Positions 54,272 through 64,000 of a DNA stretch of 64,000 nucleotides are shown here, piece after piece. Every line of letters begins with the position of its first letter. The stretch's first letter is position 1. The notes beneath the pieces are model-generated. The model had not been told where the DNA came from and did not search any database. It saw nothing but the letters and a program-made list of their open reading frames with translations. This stretch comes from Myxococcota bacterium (lineage in GTDB: Bacteria; Myxococcota_A; UBA9160; UBA4427), in assembly GCA_965250285.1 (NCBI GenBank), contig OZ252299.1, forward strand, positions 544,001 through 608,000, in the 5' to 3' direction. A program made the translations under genes and the position numbers.

Positions 54272-55072
54272 TCAGCCGAAGATCGCGGGGTCGACGTCGA
54301 CGCCGATTGGACAGTGGTCACTGCCCATGACGTCCATGTGGATGAAGGCGTTCTTCACGAACTTCATCGCGGCGGGCGAGGCCATGACGTAGTCGATGCG
54401 CCAGCCGACGTTGCGCTCTCGCACGCCGAAGCGCTGACTCCACCACGAGTAGTGGCCGCCTGCGGGCTCGAACGCGCGGAACGTGTCGATCCAGCCGGCG
54501 TCGATCCAGCGGTCGAGCTCGGCGCACTCTTCGGGCAGGAACCCGCTGGTCTTGCGGTTGTCCTTCGGGCGGGCGAGGTCGATCTCGCGATGCGCCGTAT
54601 TGAAGTCGCCCATCACGATCACGCGGTAGCCGCCGCGCCGCAGGCGCTGGAGCTTGTCGAAGAGCGCTGCGTACCAGTCGAGCTTGTAGGGCACGCGGCT
54701 GTTGTCGCGATCCTGACCACTGCCGTTCGGGAAGTAGCCGTTGGCGACGACCAGGCGGCCGAAGCGCGCGATCTGGACGCGCCCTTCGGCGTCGAAGCGA
54801 TCCTCACCGAGCGAGGTGTCGATGGCATCGGGCTTGCGCTTCGAGAAGAGCCCCACGCCGCTGTAGCCCTTTCGTTCGGCGGACGACACGTGCAGGTGGT
54901 AACCGCGCACGTCGGCCACCTCGTCGGGAATCTGCTCGCGGGTCGCGCGCACCTCCTGGATCCCGACGATCTCGCCGCGGCTGGCTGCGAGCCAATCGGC
55001 GAAACCCTTCTTGTGCGCCGAGCGAATGCCATTGACGTTCCACGAGTAGATGCGGGCGGCGCGGGGTGCCAT
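54272..55072 (-). CDS. xth: exodeoxyribonuclease III / AP endonuclease
   Basis: SWNVNGIR, GIQE, GYSGV, YFPNG, MGDFNTAH, GWRIDY, GSDHCP. Confidence 0.95.
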   Translation of the reverse strand: MAPRAARIYSWNVNGIRSAHKKGFADWLAASRGEIVGIQEVRATREQIPDEVADVRGYHLHVSSAERKGYSGVGLFSKRKPDAIDTSLGEDRFDAEGRVQIARFGRLVVANGYFPNGSGQDRDNSRVPYKLDWYAALFDKLQRLRRGGYRVIVMGDFNTAHREIDLARPKDNRKTSGFLPEECAELDRWIDAGWIDTFRAFEPAGGHYSWWSQRFGVRERNVGWRIDYVMASPAAMKFVKNAFIHMDVMGSDHCPIGVDVDPAIFG

Positions 55073-55165
55073 GTCGAGCGTGTTCTCCTGCGGCTGGATG
55101 GTTCGATGTCTTCGCCCGCGTGTCGTCCGAGTGGCGGCGGTTCGCGACCGTCTCGGCGACGGTGG

Positions 55166-57100
55166 CTAGCGGTCGTCGTGAGACAGGTACGTGTACTCGA
55201 GCAAGCCCTGCTCGTAGCGTCGCCGCAGCAACGCCGAGTCTTCGAGGCCGATCGCGCCCGACCGGAGCGCCTTCTCGATCGTGCGCCGCACCTTCTCGAC
55301 GAGCTCGCGCCGTTCGTACTGCACGTACGAGAGGACTTCGTCGACCGAGTCGCCGTCGACGACGTGCTCGACCACGACCTCCCGGTCGTCGTCGATGCGC
55401 AGATGCACGGCGTCGGTATCGCCGAACAGGTTGTGCAGGTCGCCGAGGATCTCCTGGTAGGCACCGGCGAGAAAGACGCCGACGTAGTACGGGGTGCCGT
55501 TCAGCGGATGCACTTCGAGGACCGGCTTTGCGCCTTCGGGATCGATGAACGAATCGATCTTGCCATCGCTGTCGCAGGTCAGGTCGGCCAGGACCGCGCG
55601 ACGGGTCGGGCGCTCGTCGAGGCGTTGGATCGGCATCACCGGAAAGAGCTGCTCGACCGCCCAGTGATCGGGGGCCGATTGGAAGACCGAGAAGTTGCCG
55701 TAGTACGTGTCGGCGAGGTCGCGGTCGAGGGTGGCGAGCTCTTCGGGCACCTCGTCGAGTGCCCTGAGCTCGGTGCGGATCTGGCCGCAGATGTGCAGAA
55801 AGAGATCGTCCGCGCGCCCGCGCGTCACGAGGTCGAGGTAGCCGAGCGCGAACGAGTTGACGGCTTCGTCGCGCAGGAGGAGCGCGTCGTGGTACGTCTC
55901 GAGCAGGTTGTCGGCCGCGAGCCCGTTCGCGCATGCCGCCAGGTCATGGAGCACGCGGTGATCGTCGGGCTGGACGTCCGTCGACGTCTGCTGCGGGACC
56001 ATTCCGTGGTGCCCGATGACGTCGAAGATCAGCACCGAGTGGTGGGCCGCGATCGCCCGACCCGCCTCGGTCACGATGTCGGGGTGGTCGATGCCTGCCT
56101 CGTCGCAGGCCGAGAGCAGTGTGTCGACGGCGTCGCGCGCGTACTCCTCGGCGCTGTAGTTCATCGACGAGTGCGAGTCGGTCTGGGTGCCGTCGTAGTC
56201 GACCCCCATCCCGCCGCCGATATCGACGTAGCGCAGGGCATCGGCGCCCATGGTGCGCAGGCCGACGAAGATGCGGCCCATCTCCCGCAGCGCCTCCTTG
56301 TGGGCGCGAATGTCCGTGATCTGCGAGCCGATGTGGTAGTGCACGAGCTCGAGGCAGTCGAGCATGCCGTCGGCCTGCAGGCGCGATACGGCCGCGATCA
56401 CCTCGCCGGGCGAGAGACCGAACTTCGAGCGCCGGCCCGACGACGCGAGCCACTTGCCGGCTCCCTGTGCCGAGAGCCGAACGCGCAGGCCGATGTGCGG
56501 GCGAATGCCGAGCTGCTGAGCGGTCTTCACGAGCAGCTCGATCTCGTCGAAGCGATCGATGACGATGATCGGCCGCCGGCCGAGGCGCTGGGCGAGCAGC
56601 GCCGTCTCGACATAGGCGCGGTCCTTGAAGCCGTTGCACACGATCATGCCGCCGGGCCGATCGAGGACGGCCAGCGCGATCAGCAGCTCGGGCTTGCTGC
56701 CGGCTTCGAGGCCGATCGCATGGGGGCCTTCGATCGCGACCAGCTCTTCGACGACGTGGCGCTGCTGATTGACCTTGATCGGGTACACGCTGTGATGTCG
56801 GCCGCGATAGCCGTAGGCCTCGATGGCCGCCGCGAAGTCGTCGTGGATGCGCCGTACCTGGCTGGTGAGGATGTCCGAGAAGCGCAGCAGCATCGGCGTG
56901 CGCAAGCCGCGCTGGCGCAGGTTCTCGACCGTCTCGACGAGGTCGATCTCGGCGTCTTCGCCGCGCTTCGGCCGCACGACGAGATGCCCCGCTGCGTTGA
57001 TGCCGAAGTAGCCATCGCTCCAGCGCTCGACGGAGTACGTATCGAGGCTGTCGCCGATCGTCCAGGGCGTCGTGCCGGTCGCGCGGCTGTCGTCGGCCAT
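55166..57100 (-). CDS. speA: biosynthetic arginine decarboxylase
   Basis: VYPIKVNQ, GLEAGSKPEL, HYHIGSQI, DIGGGMGVDYDG, DLTCDSDGKI, GAYQEILGDLHNLFG. Confidence 0.96.
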   Translation of the reverse strand: MADDSRATGTTPWTIGDSLDTYSVERWSDGYFGINAAGHLVVRPKRGEDAEIDLVETVENLRQRGLRTPMLLRFSDILTSQVRRIHDDFAAAIEAYGYRGRHHSVYPIKVNQQRHVVEELVAIEGPHAIGLEAGSKPELLIALAVLDRPGGMIVCNGFKDRAYVETALLAQRLGRRPIIVIDRFDEIELLVKTAQQLGIRPHIGLRVRLSAQGAGKWLASSGRRSKFGLSPGEVIAAVSRLQADGMLDCLELVHYHIGSQITDIRAHKEALREMGRIFVGLRTMGADALRYVDIGGGMGVDYDGTQTDSHSSMNYSAEEYARDAVDTLLSACDEAGIDHPDIVTEAGRAIAAHHSVLIFDVIGHHGMVPQQTSTDVQPDDHRVLHDLAACANGLAADNLLETYHDALLLRDEAVNSFALGYLDLVTRGRADDLFLHICGQIRTELRALDEVPEELATLDRDLADTYYGNFSVFQSAPDHWAVEQLFPVMPIQRLDERPTRRAVLADLTCDSDGKIDSFIDPEGAKPVLEVHPLNGTPYYVGVFLAGAYQEILGDLHNLFGDTDAVHLRIDDDREVVVEHVVDGDSVDEVLSYVQYERRELVEKVRRTIEKALRSGAIGLEDSALLRRRYEQGLLEYTYLSHDDR

Positions 57101-57104
57101 GGCT

Positions 57105-58391
57105 CTACTCCGGCGCGTCGAGCGCCTGGTCGGTTTCTTCGCCGGTCGAGAGGTCGCGGCGTCGCGCCACGCCGCGGGCGACTTCGTCGGGGCCGAGCAG
57201 CCAGATGCGCGCCGCGCCGATGCGGTCGGCGTCGGCCATCGCGCGCTTGAGCTTGGGCGTCGCGAGCAGCAGCTCGACGCGGCGTCCGCGCTCGCGCAGC
57301 CGCTGCGCGAGGCCGATCGCTGCGCTGCGCTGCTCGTCGTCGAAGGCGAAGACGACGTCGTCCACCTGGCGCGGCAGCTCGGGCAGCTTGCCTTCGTCCT
57401 TCAAGAGCTCGGTGATCACGGCGTCGCCGAAGCCGAAGCCGACGGCCGGGATCGGCTTGCCACCGAGGGTCTCGGCGAGTCGGTCGTAGCGACCGCCCCC
57501 GCAGATCGCGCGCAGCTCGCCGCGCGCATCGAACGCCTCGAAGACGATGCCGGTGTAGTACGCCAGGCCGCGCACCACCGATGCGTCGAACACGACACGA
57601 TCGGCGATGCCGTACGCGGCCAGCAGCTCGAAGAGTCGGCGCATGTCGGCGAGCGCCGCGGAGCCCTCGGGTGCGTGTTTCGCTGCTTCGTCGAGATCGG
57701 AGACCTGCAGCAGCGCGACGACGTCGCTTGCCTCGGCTTTGTCGAGGCCGACGGCGCCCTTCGCGTCGGTCAGCAGGTCGACGACCGCGTCGGCGCCGAT
57801 CTTGTCGAGCTTGTCGATCACGACGCAGAGCGGCTCGAAGACCTCGGGTCGGCTGGCGAGCACACCCGCCCGCAGCGTCTCTTCGAGCAGCGCACGGCTG
57901 TTCAAGCGCACGAGCACCGTACCCGGCGCGAGGCCGAGCTGGTCGGTCGCCATGCAGATCGCCGCCAGCAGCTCGGCTTCGGCGGTGACGCCGGGTTCAC
58001 CCCAGATGTCCATGTTCCACTGGTAGTGCTCGCGGCGGCGGCCGCGGGTCATTCGCTCGTAGCGCCAGTTCTGCGTGATCGTGAACCACCGCACCGGCAT
58101 CCGCAGGGCGCCTGCGCGGCCGAGGATCATCCGGGCGATCGAGGGCGTCATCTCGGGCCGCAGCGCCAGGTGCCGACCGTGAATCTCGAAGTGATAGAGC
58201 TGGTCGACGATCTCCTCGCCGGCCTTGCGCGTGAAGAGCTCGGCGCTCTCGACGACGGGCGCGTCGACCTCTTCGAAGGCAAAGCGCCGCGCGACCTCGC
58301 GAAAGTGGTCGAACAGCCACTCTCGCTGGCGAAACTCGTCGGGCGCGAAGTCGCGCGTGCCTTTCGGGGGCTGCAATCCGACCTTGCTCAA
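57105..58391 (-). CDS. hisS: histidine--tRNA ligase
   Basis: PPKGTRDF, LRPEMT, RYERMTRGRRREHYQ, VRGLAYYTG, GGGRYD. Confidence 0.96.
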   Translation of the reverse strand: MSKVGLQPPKGTRDFAPDEFRQREWLFDHFREVARRFAFEEVDAPVVESAELFTRKAGEEIVDQLYHFEIHGRHLALRPEMTPSIARMILGRAGALRMPVRWFTITQNWRYERMTRGRRREHYQWNMDIWGEPGVTAEAELLAAICMATDQLGLAPGTVLVRLNSRALLEETLRAGVLASRPEVFEPLCVVIDKLDKIGADAVVDLLTDAKGAVGLDKAEASDVVALLQVSDLDEAAKHAPEGSAALADMRRLFELLAAYGIADRVVFDASVVRGLAYYTGIVFEAFDARGELRAICGGGRYDRLAETLGGKPIPAVGFGFGDAVITELLKDEGKLPELPRQVDDVVFAFDDEQRSAAIGLAQRLRERGRRVELLLATPKLKRAMADADRIGAARIWLLGPDEVARGVARRRDLSTGEETDQALDAPE

Positions 58392-58700
58392 CGGGCAGGC
58401 TCTCCGGGCGGATGGAACGGGCGGTGCGGAGGCGGCGGCCGGAGCAGGCGGAGCCAGGCTCGGACCGGCGGGCCAGAACGAGATCTCGGGGCTGGTTGGT
58501 CGACGCGGCCCATAGGTACCAAAGCCGAGGCGATCCCGCGCGGTGGCGCGACGCCTGGCGTTCGATTTTTGTGCGGGATCGCGGGCGGTTGGACGGGTTC
58601 CGAATCGATCGGCCCGGCCGTGTCGGTCGGCGCGGGGCGGCGGCCGACGTGAAGCGATGCGGTGGGGCTGCTACACCCCCGGGACATCATGGAGGGTGCC

Positions 58701-60071
58701 ATGGACCGGTCCCGGTCAGACGAGGTTCTTCTTTCTTCTATTGCTCGTCGCGGCTGCGCGGTCTGCGCGATCGCGGCGGCGCTCGCGCTCGCGGTGGGCT
58801 GCGGCGGTGAGGCCGAGAAGCCCGCGGCGAAGCCGGCCGCCGAGAAGGGCGCCGAGGCGGCGGGGCAGCCCGCGACGCCCGCCCCCTCCGACAAGCCGGT
58901 GGTCGAGACGCCCGACGATCTCCCGTACGCCCTCGTGCTGGGGCTGGCTCAGTTCGAGGCCCGCAAGCCGGGCTCGAAGTCGATGCCCGAGCCCCTGCCC
59001 GCGACGATGGAGTTCCTCGTGCGCAAGAACGGCGAGTGGGTGCACTCGAGCATCGCCGACCCCGACAGCAACGTGATCCACAAGGCGATGGCCTATCCCG
59101 TGGACGGCGAGGATCGACTGCTCGCGGCCGCCGGCTCGAAGGCGACGCTGCGCCTCTGGAACGGCGGCGAGGTCGACACCACGATCTGGGAGAAGGACTT
59201 CGGCGGCAAGTTCTCGCGCATGCGCGACATCGAGATCGCCGACCTGTACGGCGACGGGCAGATGGCGATCGCGATCGCGACGCATGACCAGGGTGTCGTC
59301 GCCACCGCACGCCCCGACGGATCGGGCGGCTTCATCATCGAAGAGCTCGACCAGGAGCCCGACACGTTCGTTCACGAGATCGAGATCGGTGACCTCGATG
59401 GCGATGGTGTGCTCGAGATCTACTCGACGCCGAGCGAGCCGAATCGCCTCGACGGCAGCGAGCAGTCGGGGGTCGTCAAGCGCTACGTGCCGGCCCAGGG
59501 CACGCCGGGCGAGGTGGCCGCCGATCTCGGTGACCGCCACGCGAAGGAGATCCTCGTCGACGACGTCGATGGTGACGGAGTCGACGAGCTCTACGTGCTC
59601 GTCGAGGGCAAGATCGACAAGGACACCAAGAAGCTGAAGGAGGGCGTTCAGATCCTCCGCTTCGAGGGCGACACCCCGGCCGATGGGGGCGTCGTGATCG
59701 CCACCATCGACGACCGCCTCGGTCGGTTCCTGACCGCAGGCGACTTCACCGGCGACGGCAAGAAAGAGATCGTCGCGGCGCTCTTCAGCCAGGGGCTCTG
59801 GATGCTGAGCCCGGGCGATGACCCGAACGCGCCGTGGACGAAGACGCTGATCGACCGCCGCTCGGGTGGCTTCGAGCACGCCGCGATCCTCGCCGACCTC
59901 GACGGGGACGGCGTCGACGAGCTCTACGTCGCGAGCGACAACGACAACGAGGTGCGGCGCTACGTCTGGGTCGACGGCAAGCCGGTGCGCGAGGTGATCT
60001 ACAAGCGCACGAGCGGCAACAGCGTCTTCACCTGGAACATCATGCCCATCCCGGTCGAGCTCGTGCCCTGA
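58701..60071 (+). CDS. FG-GAP/VCBS-repeat lipoprotein (beta-propeller)
   Basis: Lipobox AVGC; repeated GDLDGDG/DVDGDG/GDFTGDG/ADLDGDG; GGAGG RBS. Confidence 0.82.
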   Translation: MDRSRSDEVLLSSIARRGCAVCAIAAALALAVGCGGEAEKPAAKPAAEKGAEAAGQPATPAPSDKPVVETPDDLPYALVLGLAQFEARKPGSKSMPEPLPATMEFLVRKNGEWVHSSIADPDSNVIHKAMAYPVDGEDRLLAAAGSKATLRLWNGGEVDTTIWEKDFGGKFSRMRDIEIADLYGDGQMAIAIATHDQGVVATARPDGSGGFIIEELDQEPDTFVHEIEIGDLDGDGVLEIYSTPSEPNRLDGSEQSGVVKRYVPAQGTPGEVAADLGDRHAKEILVDDVDGDGVDELYVLVEGKIDKDTKKLKEGVQILRFEGDTPADGGVVIATIDDRLGRFLTAGDFTGDGKKEIVAALFSQGLWMLSPGDDPNAPWTKTLIDRRSGGFEHAAILADLDGDGVDELYVASDNDNEVRRYVWVDGKPVREVIYKRTSGNSVFTWNIMPIPVELVP

Positions 60072-60093
60072 CCCGCGTGCGCGCGTCGGCGTG

Positions 60094-60885
60094 CTAGAGC
60101 GCGTCCATGGCGGCGTTCGCCACCTCGATGCAGCGGGCCATGTTGCGATCGAGGTCGATCGCCGACGGGCCCGGCCAGGGCGTGCGGTCGGATACGACGC
60201 AGATGCAGCCTGCGCGCAGGCCGAAGATCGAGGCCAGCGTGAGCAGCACGCCCGACTCCATCTCGCAGTTCAGCACGCCCGCTGCACGCATGTCGCGAAT
60301 GCGGGTCTCGAGGTGGCTCGGCCAGTAGCTGCCCACGCTCATCGAGGCCATGCCGCCGCCTTCGGTCGCGATGGCATTGCGCGCATAGAACGCGTCGAGT
60401 GACCACGTGGTGCCGACGTGATGCGTCGCCTCGGCCGCGACGGCGGCGTCTTCGAGTGCGGCGACCACGCGGTGGTGGGCCGCCGCGGGAAACTCGGGCA
60501 CCACGTACGTGCGGGACGTCCCGTCGTCGCGCACGGCACCGCGGGTGATTACGAGCTCGCCGAGCTGAAGCTCCGGGGCCAGGCCCCCACTGTTGCCGAT
60601 GCGGATCAGCGTGTGGCTGCCGAGCTTGGCGAGCTCTTCGACGAGGATCGCCGTGCTGGGCGCGCCGATGCCGGTCGAGGCGGCGCTCACGGGGCGGCCG
60701 CCGCGCTCTCCGGTCACGATGCGGTACTCGCGGGCTTCGCAGACGACGCGGGTCGAGCTCCAGCTCGCGGTGATGCGGTCGACCCGGGCCGGATCGCCGC
60801 AGAGAAAGACGTGCTCGGCGACGTCGCCGGGGCGGCAGCCGGTGATCGGCTGGGCTTCACCCGCGGCGTCGGAAGCATCGGACAT
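60094..60885 (-). CDS. uridine/nucleoside phosphorylase (PNP_UDP_1 family)
   Basis: LCGDPARV, REY, STGIGAPS, IRIG, NCEME. Confidence 0.9.
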   Translation of the reverse strand: MSDASDAAGEAQPITGCRPGDVAEHVFLCGDPARVDRITASWSSTRVVCEAREYRIVTGERGGRPVSAASTGIGAPSTAILVEELAKLGSHTLIRIGNSGGLAPELQLGELVITRGAVRDDGTSRTYVVPEFPAAAHHRVVAALEDAAVAAEATHHVGTTWSLDAFYARNAIATEGGGMASMSVGSYWPSHLETRIRDMRAAGVLNCEMESGVLLTLASIFGLRAGCICVVSDRTPWPGPSAIDLDRNMARCIEVANAAMDAL

Positions 60886-61864
60886 GGTTTCGATTCTCCG
60901 TTTCTCACCCGGTGAGTGGGTGGGCTCGTATCCGGCGGGGGGGGTGGGCGCGTCGCCGCGGCCGGGGCGGCGTGAGCCTCCCATCTCGGACGCTCGACGG
61001 CAATCCCCCCAACCTCAAACCAGCGTTCGAAAACGGCGGGGGGCGCGGTGCCGTTCGGCCGCGGCTCGAGGCGTGCGGGCGGGTGCTCGGGCGGGTTGGA
61101 ACAAGCGTTCAGCGGCCCGCAAGCGATGCCGCAAATCTCGGATTCACGGGCAGAATTCGATTGTTTTCCCGAGGAACCGCGTTGTATCGTGGATCGGATC
61201 CAACTCGTGGGGGGGAATCCTCCTCATCCGTCACGCGTCGCGTGGGCCTCGACTTCGGCGGACCGCAATCCAGGTGCGGTCCGACAAATAGTAAGAAGAA
61301 GAAGAGGCCGCGGGCCGTCTGCGGTGTACAGGTTATGGATCGGGCGTCGTGCTCGGGCGTTTCATCCCGATGCGGTGGGCCACGAAGACTTCCAGCGAAG
61401 TTCTTCGTCTGGAGAGGCCGACCGATGCGGGTGACACAACCCGAGTGAACCGCGCGCGAAGACTCCGTCGTCTTCGCAGGCGTACGACGCACGAACCGAG
61501 CCGGTCTCGCAGCCCGACACGCCCTCGTGACGCGGTGCTCGCCGGCCCCCGGCCGCCGAACGCCGACCGGATCGACGACGACGGTCGTCGATTGCGCGGG
61601 GATGCGGAGCTCGACCCACTGCGAGCTGGATCGTGGGGGAAAGCGCGCCTCGGCGAGTCGATTGCGGGCCGGCGAAACTCGAGCGTCGGCCTGACTCGTT
61701 GGACCCGATCCCGGCTGGGGGTCGCGTTCGCATCCGGCATGCCATCGGATGGACGTGATCTGCTGTTCGGTTCTCGGGGCCTTGGATGTCGGGCTCTCCC
61801 CTCCGGTTCCAACCGGGCGGCCACCGCGAGGTTGCGGTGATTCGGTCGGGCTGTTGGAGGGGTC

Positions 61865-64000
61865 ATGATCCAGTTCTTCTGTCGTTCGTTCGCCGGTGCG
61901 CACCCCCAGCGAACACGATGGGCCACCCGGGTTCTCGCGGTGTTGCTCCTGGCGTTCGGAGCGAGCTCAGGCGGTCTCCTGACCGCCCCGGGCGCGCAGG
62001 CGCTCGAAGCGCTCGATGGGCGTGTTCAGGCACACGGCTTCGTCGAGATGCAGCTGCGCACCATCAGCAAGAACTACACGGGCAACTGGGATCTCGTGCA
62101 GTGGTACAACATCTTCAACCTCGAGCTCGAGGTGGATCTGCTCCAGGACACGATCGGCCCCCTCGACCTCGTCTCGGGCTACGTGCGCGTCGAGGCGCGC
62201 TTCGACTGCATCTACAGCCGCGGCTGCGGCATGGTCAAGCCGGTCAACACTTTCGGCAATCGCGCACGCAGCCTCCCGACTCGGTTGATGGACGGCGACA
62301 CGTTCACGACCGCCGGCCAGATCACGCTCACCGACGACGGCCCGATCGCGCGCCCCGATCGAAACCCGCTCGCGTTCCAGGAGGTGCCGGGCTTCGAGGG
62401 TCTCTACGGCGAGGAGCCCGAAGATCAGATCGGCCCCGGCGCGCTGCTGCGCCCCGAGCTCATGCAGTGCACGACCTCCGACTGCAGCCCGGCCAACGCC
62501 GTATGGCGCCCGTGGAATGCCCCGACGCGATTCTGGAAGGCCGATCGCAACCAGAAGTGGGCGTCGACCAGCGGGCAACCGTGGGAGACGATCGACGACG
62601 GCACCCAGGGCTCGCCGTTTCTCGTCAACAACTACGCCTTCGAGGATTTTCGCTTCGCGACGATCCCGGTGATCGGCGGCGCACAGACCGGTCACGCCCA
62701 GCAGATCTTCGGCCCCTGGCTGCCCGAGAACTTCGTCGAGCCGAACGCCGCGATGGCCGACATCGCGAACCCCCTCGACCAGTCACGCGTGTCGCCCGCC
62801 AGTCTCTCGTTCGGCGCCGGCGGCTCGCCGTATCGCCCGATTCCGATCTACCGCGAGGACAACCCCGAGCGCAGCCAGATCTACATTCGCGATCTGCGGC
62901 CGTTCACCGACCCGAACCCCGAGCGCGACGCGAACGGCGACCCGCTCGACGACAAGTTCAACGACTACGACGACACCTTCGGCTGGCAGGTGGTCAACCC
63001 GAATGCGCTCGATCGGCGCACGTTCAACGATCGTGCGGCGGCCGCGAACGAGGCGCGAGGCATCTTCGTGCCGTCGGCGCCGCTGCGGGCCGCCCTCGCC
63101 GAGGGCAACCTCGACACCTACAACTTCAACTTCACCCAACAGCAGCGCGCCTTCAATCGCGGCGCCGCGCAGCAGGACGAAGGCGAGCTCAAAGAGGCCT
63201 ACCTCGACATCGAGATGTTCGACAGCCGACTGTGGATGCGCGTCGGCAAGCAGACCATCGTCTGGGGCAAGACCGAGCTCTTCCGCACGACCGATCAGTT
63301 CAACCCGCAGGATCTCGCGCTCGCCAATCTGCCGAGCCTCGAAGAGTCGCGCATCGCGCTCTGGGCGTGGCGCGGCGTGTGGTCGTTCTACGAAGTCGGC
63401 CCGCTCTCCGACGTGCGCGCCGAGCTGGCGTTCAACTTCGACGAGTTCGAATCGGCCGATCTCGGCGCCTGCGGCGAGCCCTTCACGATCAACATCGTCT
63501 GCCAGCTGACCTTCGGCGCCATGGCGCACGGCTTCACCGGCATCGGCGTGGTCGGTCAGGAGCAGCCGCCGAACCCGTGGGACAGCCTCAAGGGCTGGGA
63601 GATCGGCGGCCGCCTCGAGTTTCGCTGGGACCGGTTCAGCTTCGCGATCACCGACTTCTACGGCTACGACGACTTTCCGCACGTGCGCCGCCTGTCGACC
63701 TACAACCGCAACGTCGACTGGCGCACCGGTCGCCCCCGCGTCTACATGCACAGCGAGCAGGATCTGCAGCTGTCGTTCGACGGCACGGTCGGTCGCGGCT
63801 GCGCGACGCCGACCGATCCCGGCATTCCGACGACGGGCGGCGTGATCGACAACAGCGCGAGCGCGACCCCCGGCTATGTCGAATACGACGGGGCCGAGAA
63901 CGCGGGCTGCCTGACGCCCGGTTCGTCGAATCGCATGGTCGACTCGGCCGGCAAGCCCTACCAGGTGCCCTTCGGCACGCCCGACTCGCGCGACAATCCG
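61865..64000 (+). CDS. large DUF1302-like outer-membrane protein, 3'-truncated by window edge (absent from the ORF track)
   Basis: GGAGGGG RBS; signal peptide ending GAQA; ELKEAYLDI...RVGKQTIVWGKTELFRTTDQFNPQD barrel motif; no stop seen to 64000. Confidence 0.8.
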   Translation, partial: MIQFFCRSFAGAHPQRTRWATRVLAVLLLAFGASSGGLLTAPGAQALEALDGRVQAHGFVEMQLRTISKNYTGNWDLVQWYNIFNLELEVDLLQDTIGPLDLVSGYVRVEARFDCIYSRGCGMVKPVNTFGNRARSLPTRLMDGDTFTTAGQITLTDDGPIARPDRNPLAFQEVPGFEGLYGEEPEDQIGPGALLRPELMQCTTSDCSPANAVWRPWNAPTRFWKADRNQKWASTSGQPWETIDDGTQGSPFLVNNYAFEDFRFATIPVIGGAQTGHAQQIFGPWLPENFVEPNAAMADIANPLDQSRVSPASLSFGAGGSPYRPIPIYREDNPERSQIYIRDLRPFTDPNPERDANGDPLDDKFNDYDDTFGWQVVNPNALDRRTFNDRAAAANEARGIFVPSAPLRAALAEGNLDTYNFNFTQQQRAFNRGAAQQDEGELKEAYLDIEMFDSRLWMRVGKQTIVWGKTELFRTTDQFNPQDLALANLPSLEESRIALWAWRGVWSFYEVGPLSDVRAELAFNFDEFESADLGACGEPFTINIVCQLTFGAMAHGFTGIGVVGQEQPPNPWDSLKGWEIGGRLEFRWDRFSFAITDFYGYDDFPHVRRLSTYNRNVDWRTGRPRVYMHSEQDLQLSFDGTVGRGCATPTDPGIPTTGGVIDNSASATPGYVEYDGAENAGCLTPGSSNRMVDSAGKPYQVPFGTPDSRDNP

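Noticed and set aside
54314..57250. 978-aa plus-strand ORF and similar long ORFs (49686-52700 -, 17750-20557 -, 8962-11439 +)
   Set aside because: Antisense shadows of well-supported genes, expected from GC-rich codon bias; no recognisable motifs
61048..61926. Several 127-264-aa ORFs in the gap before the DUF1302-like gene
   Set aside because: No motifs, mutually overlapping, Arg/Pro/Ser-rich composition typical of non-coding GC-rich DNA

Overview
A gene-dense, very GC-rich bacterial chromosomal segment. Gene content (recCBD, TPR-Ser/Thr kinase, sigma54-type promoters, DUF1302-like outer-membrane protein, MYXO-CTERM-like tail) suggests a diderm, possibly Myxococcota-like organism; this is inference only. 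About 45 CDS are supportable. They include lipid and amino-acid metabolism (acyl-CoA ligase, acyltransferase, metY, a metX-metW fusion, speA), a hybrid two-component system, bfd-bfr with a Fur box, recC-recB-recD, rsgA/rbgA/asnS/hisS, a TetR-controlled redox/efflux cluster, xth and several lipoproteins. No rRNA, tRNA, CRISPR array or transposase was seen. The best candidate for an undescribed system is 48.8-54.2 kb. It has an Rhs/YD-repeat protein with an N-terminal lipoprotein-like signal and a C-terminal Cys/TM/Arg sorting-signal-like tail after the DPxG motif. This gene faces a CPBP intramembrane protease plus a His-rich membrane protein, with sigma54-like promoters on both sides and a 4x22-bp repeat array. 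Other notable items: an in-frame TAG splitting a ~1560-aa receptor kinase, a rhomboid-like protein lacking its catalytic residues, a diverged 83-bp duplication creating a coupling mini-ORF, candidate non-canonical starts and leaderless promoters, and a ~670-nt structured leader. Many start codons were re-chosen relative to the ORF track. All product calls come from motif recognition by eye, not database searches.
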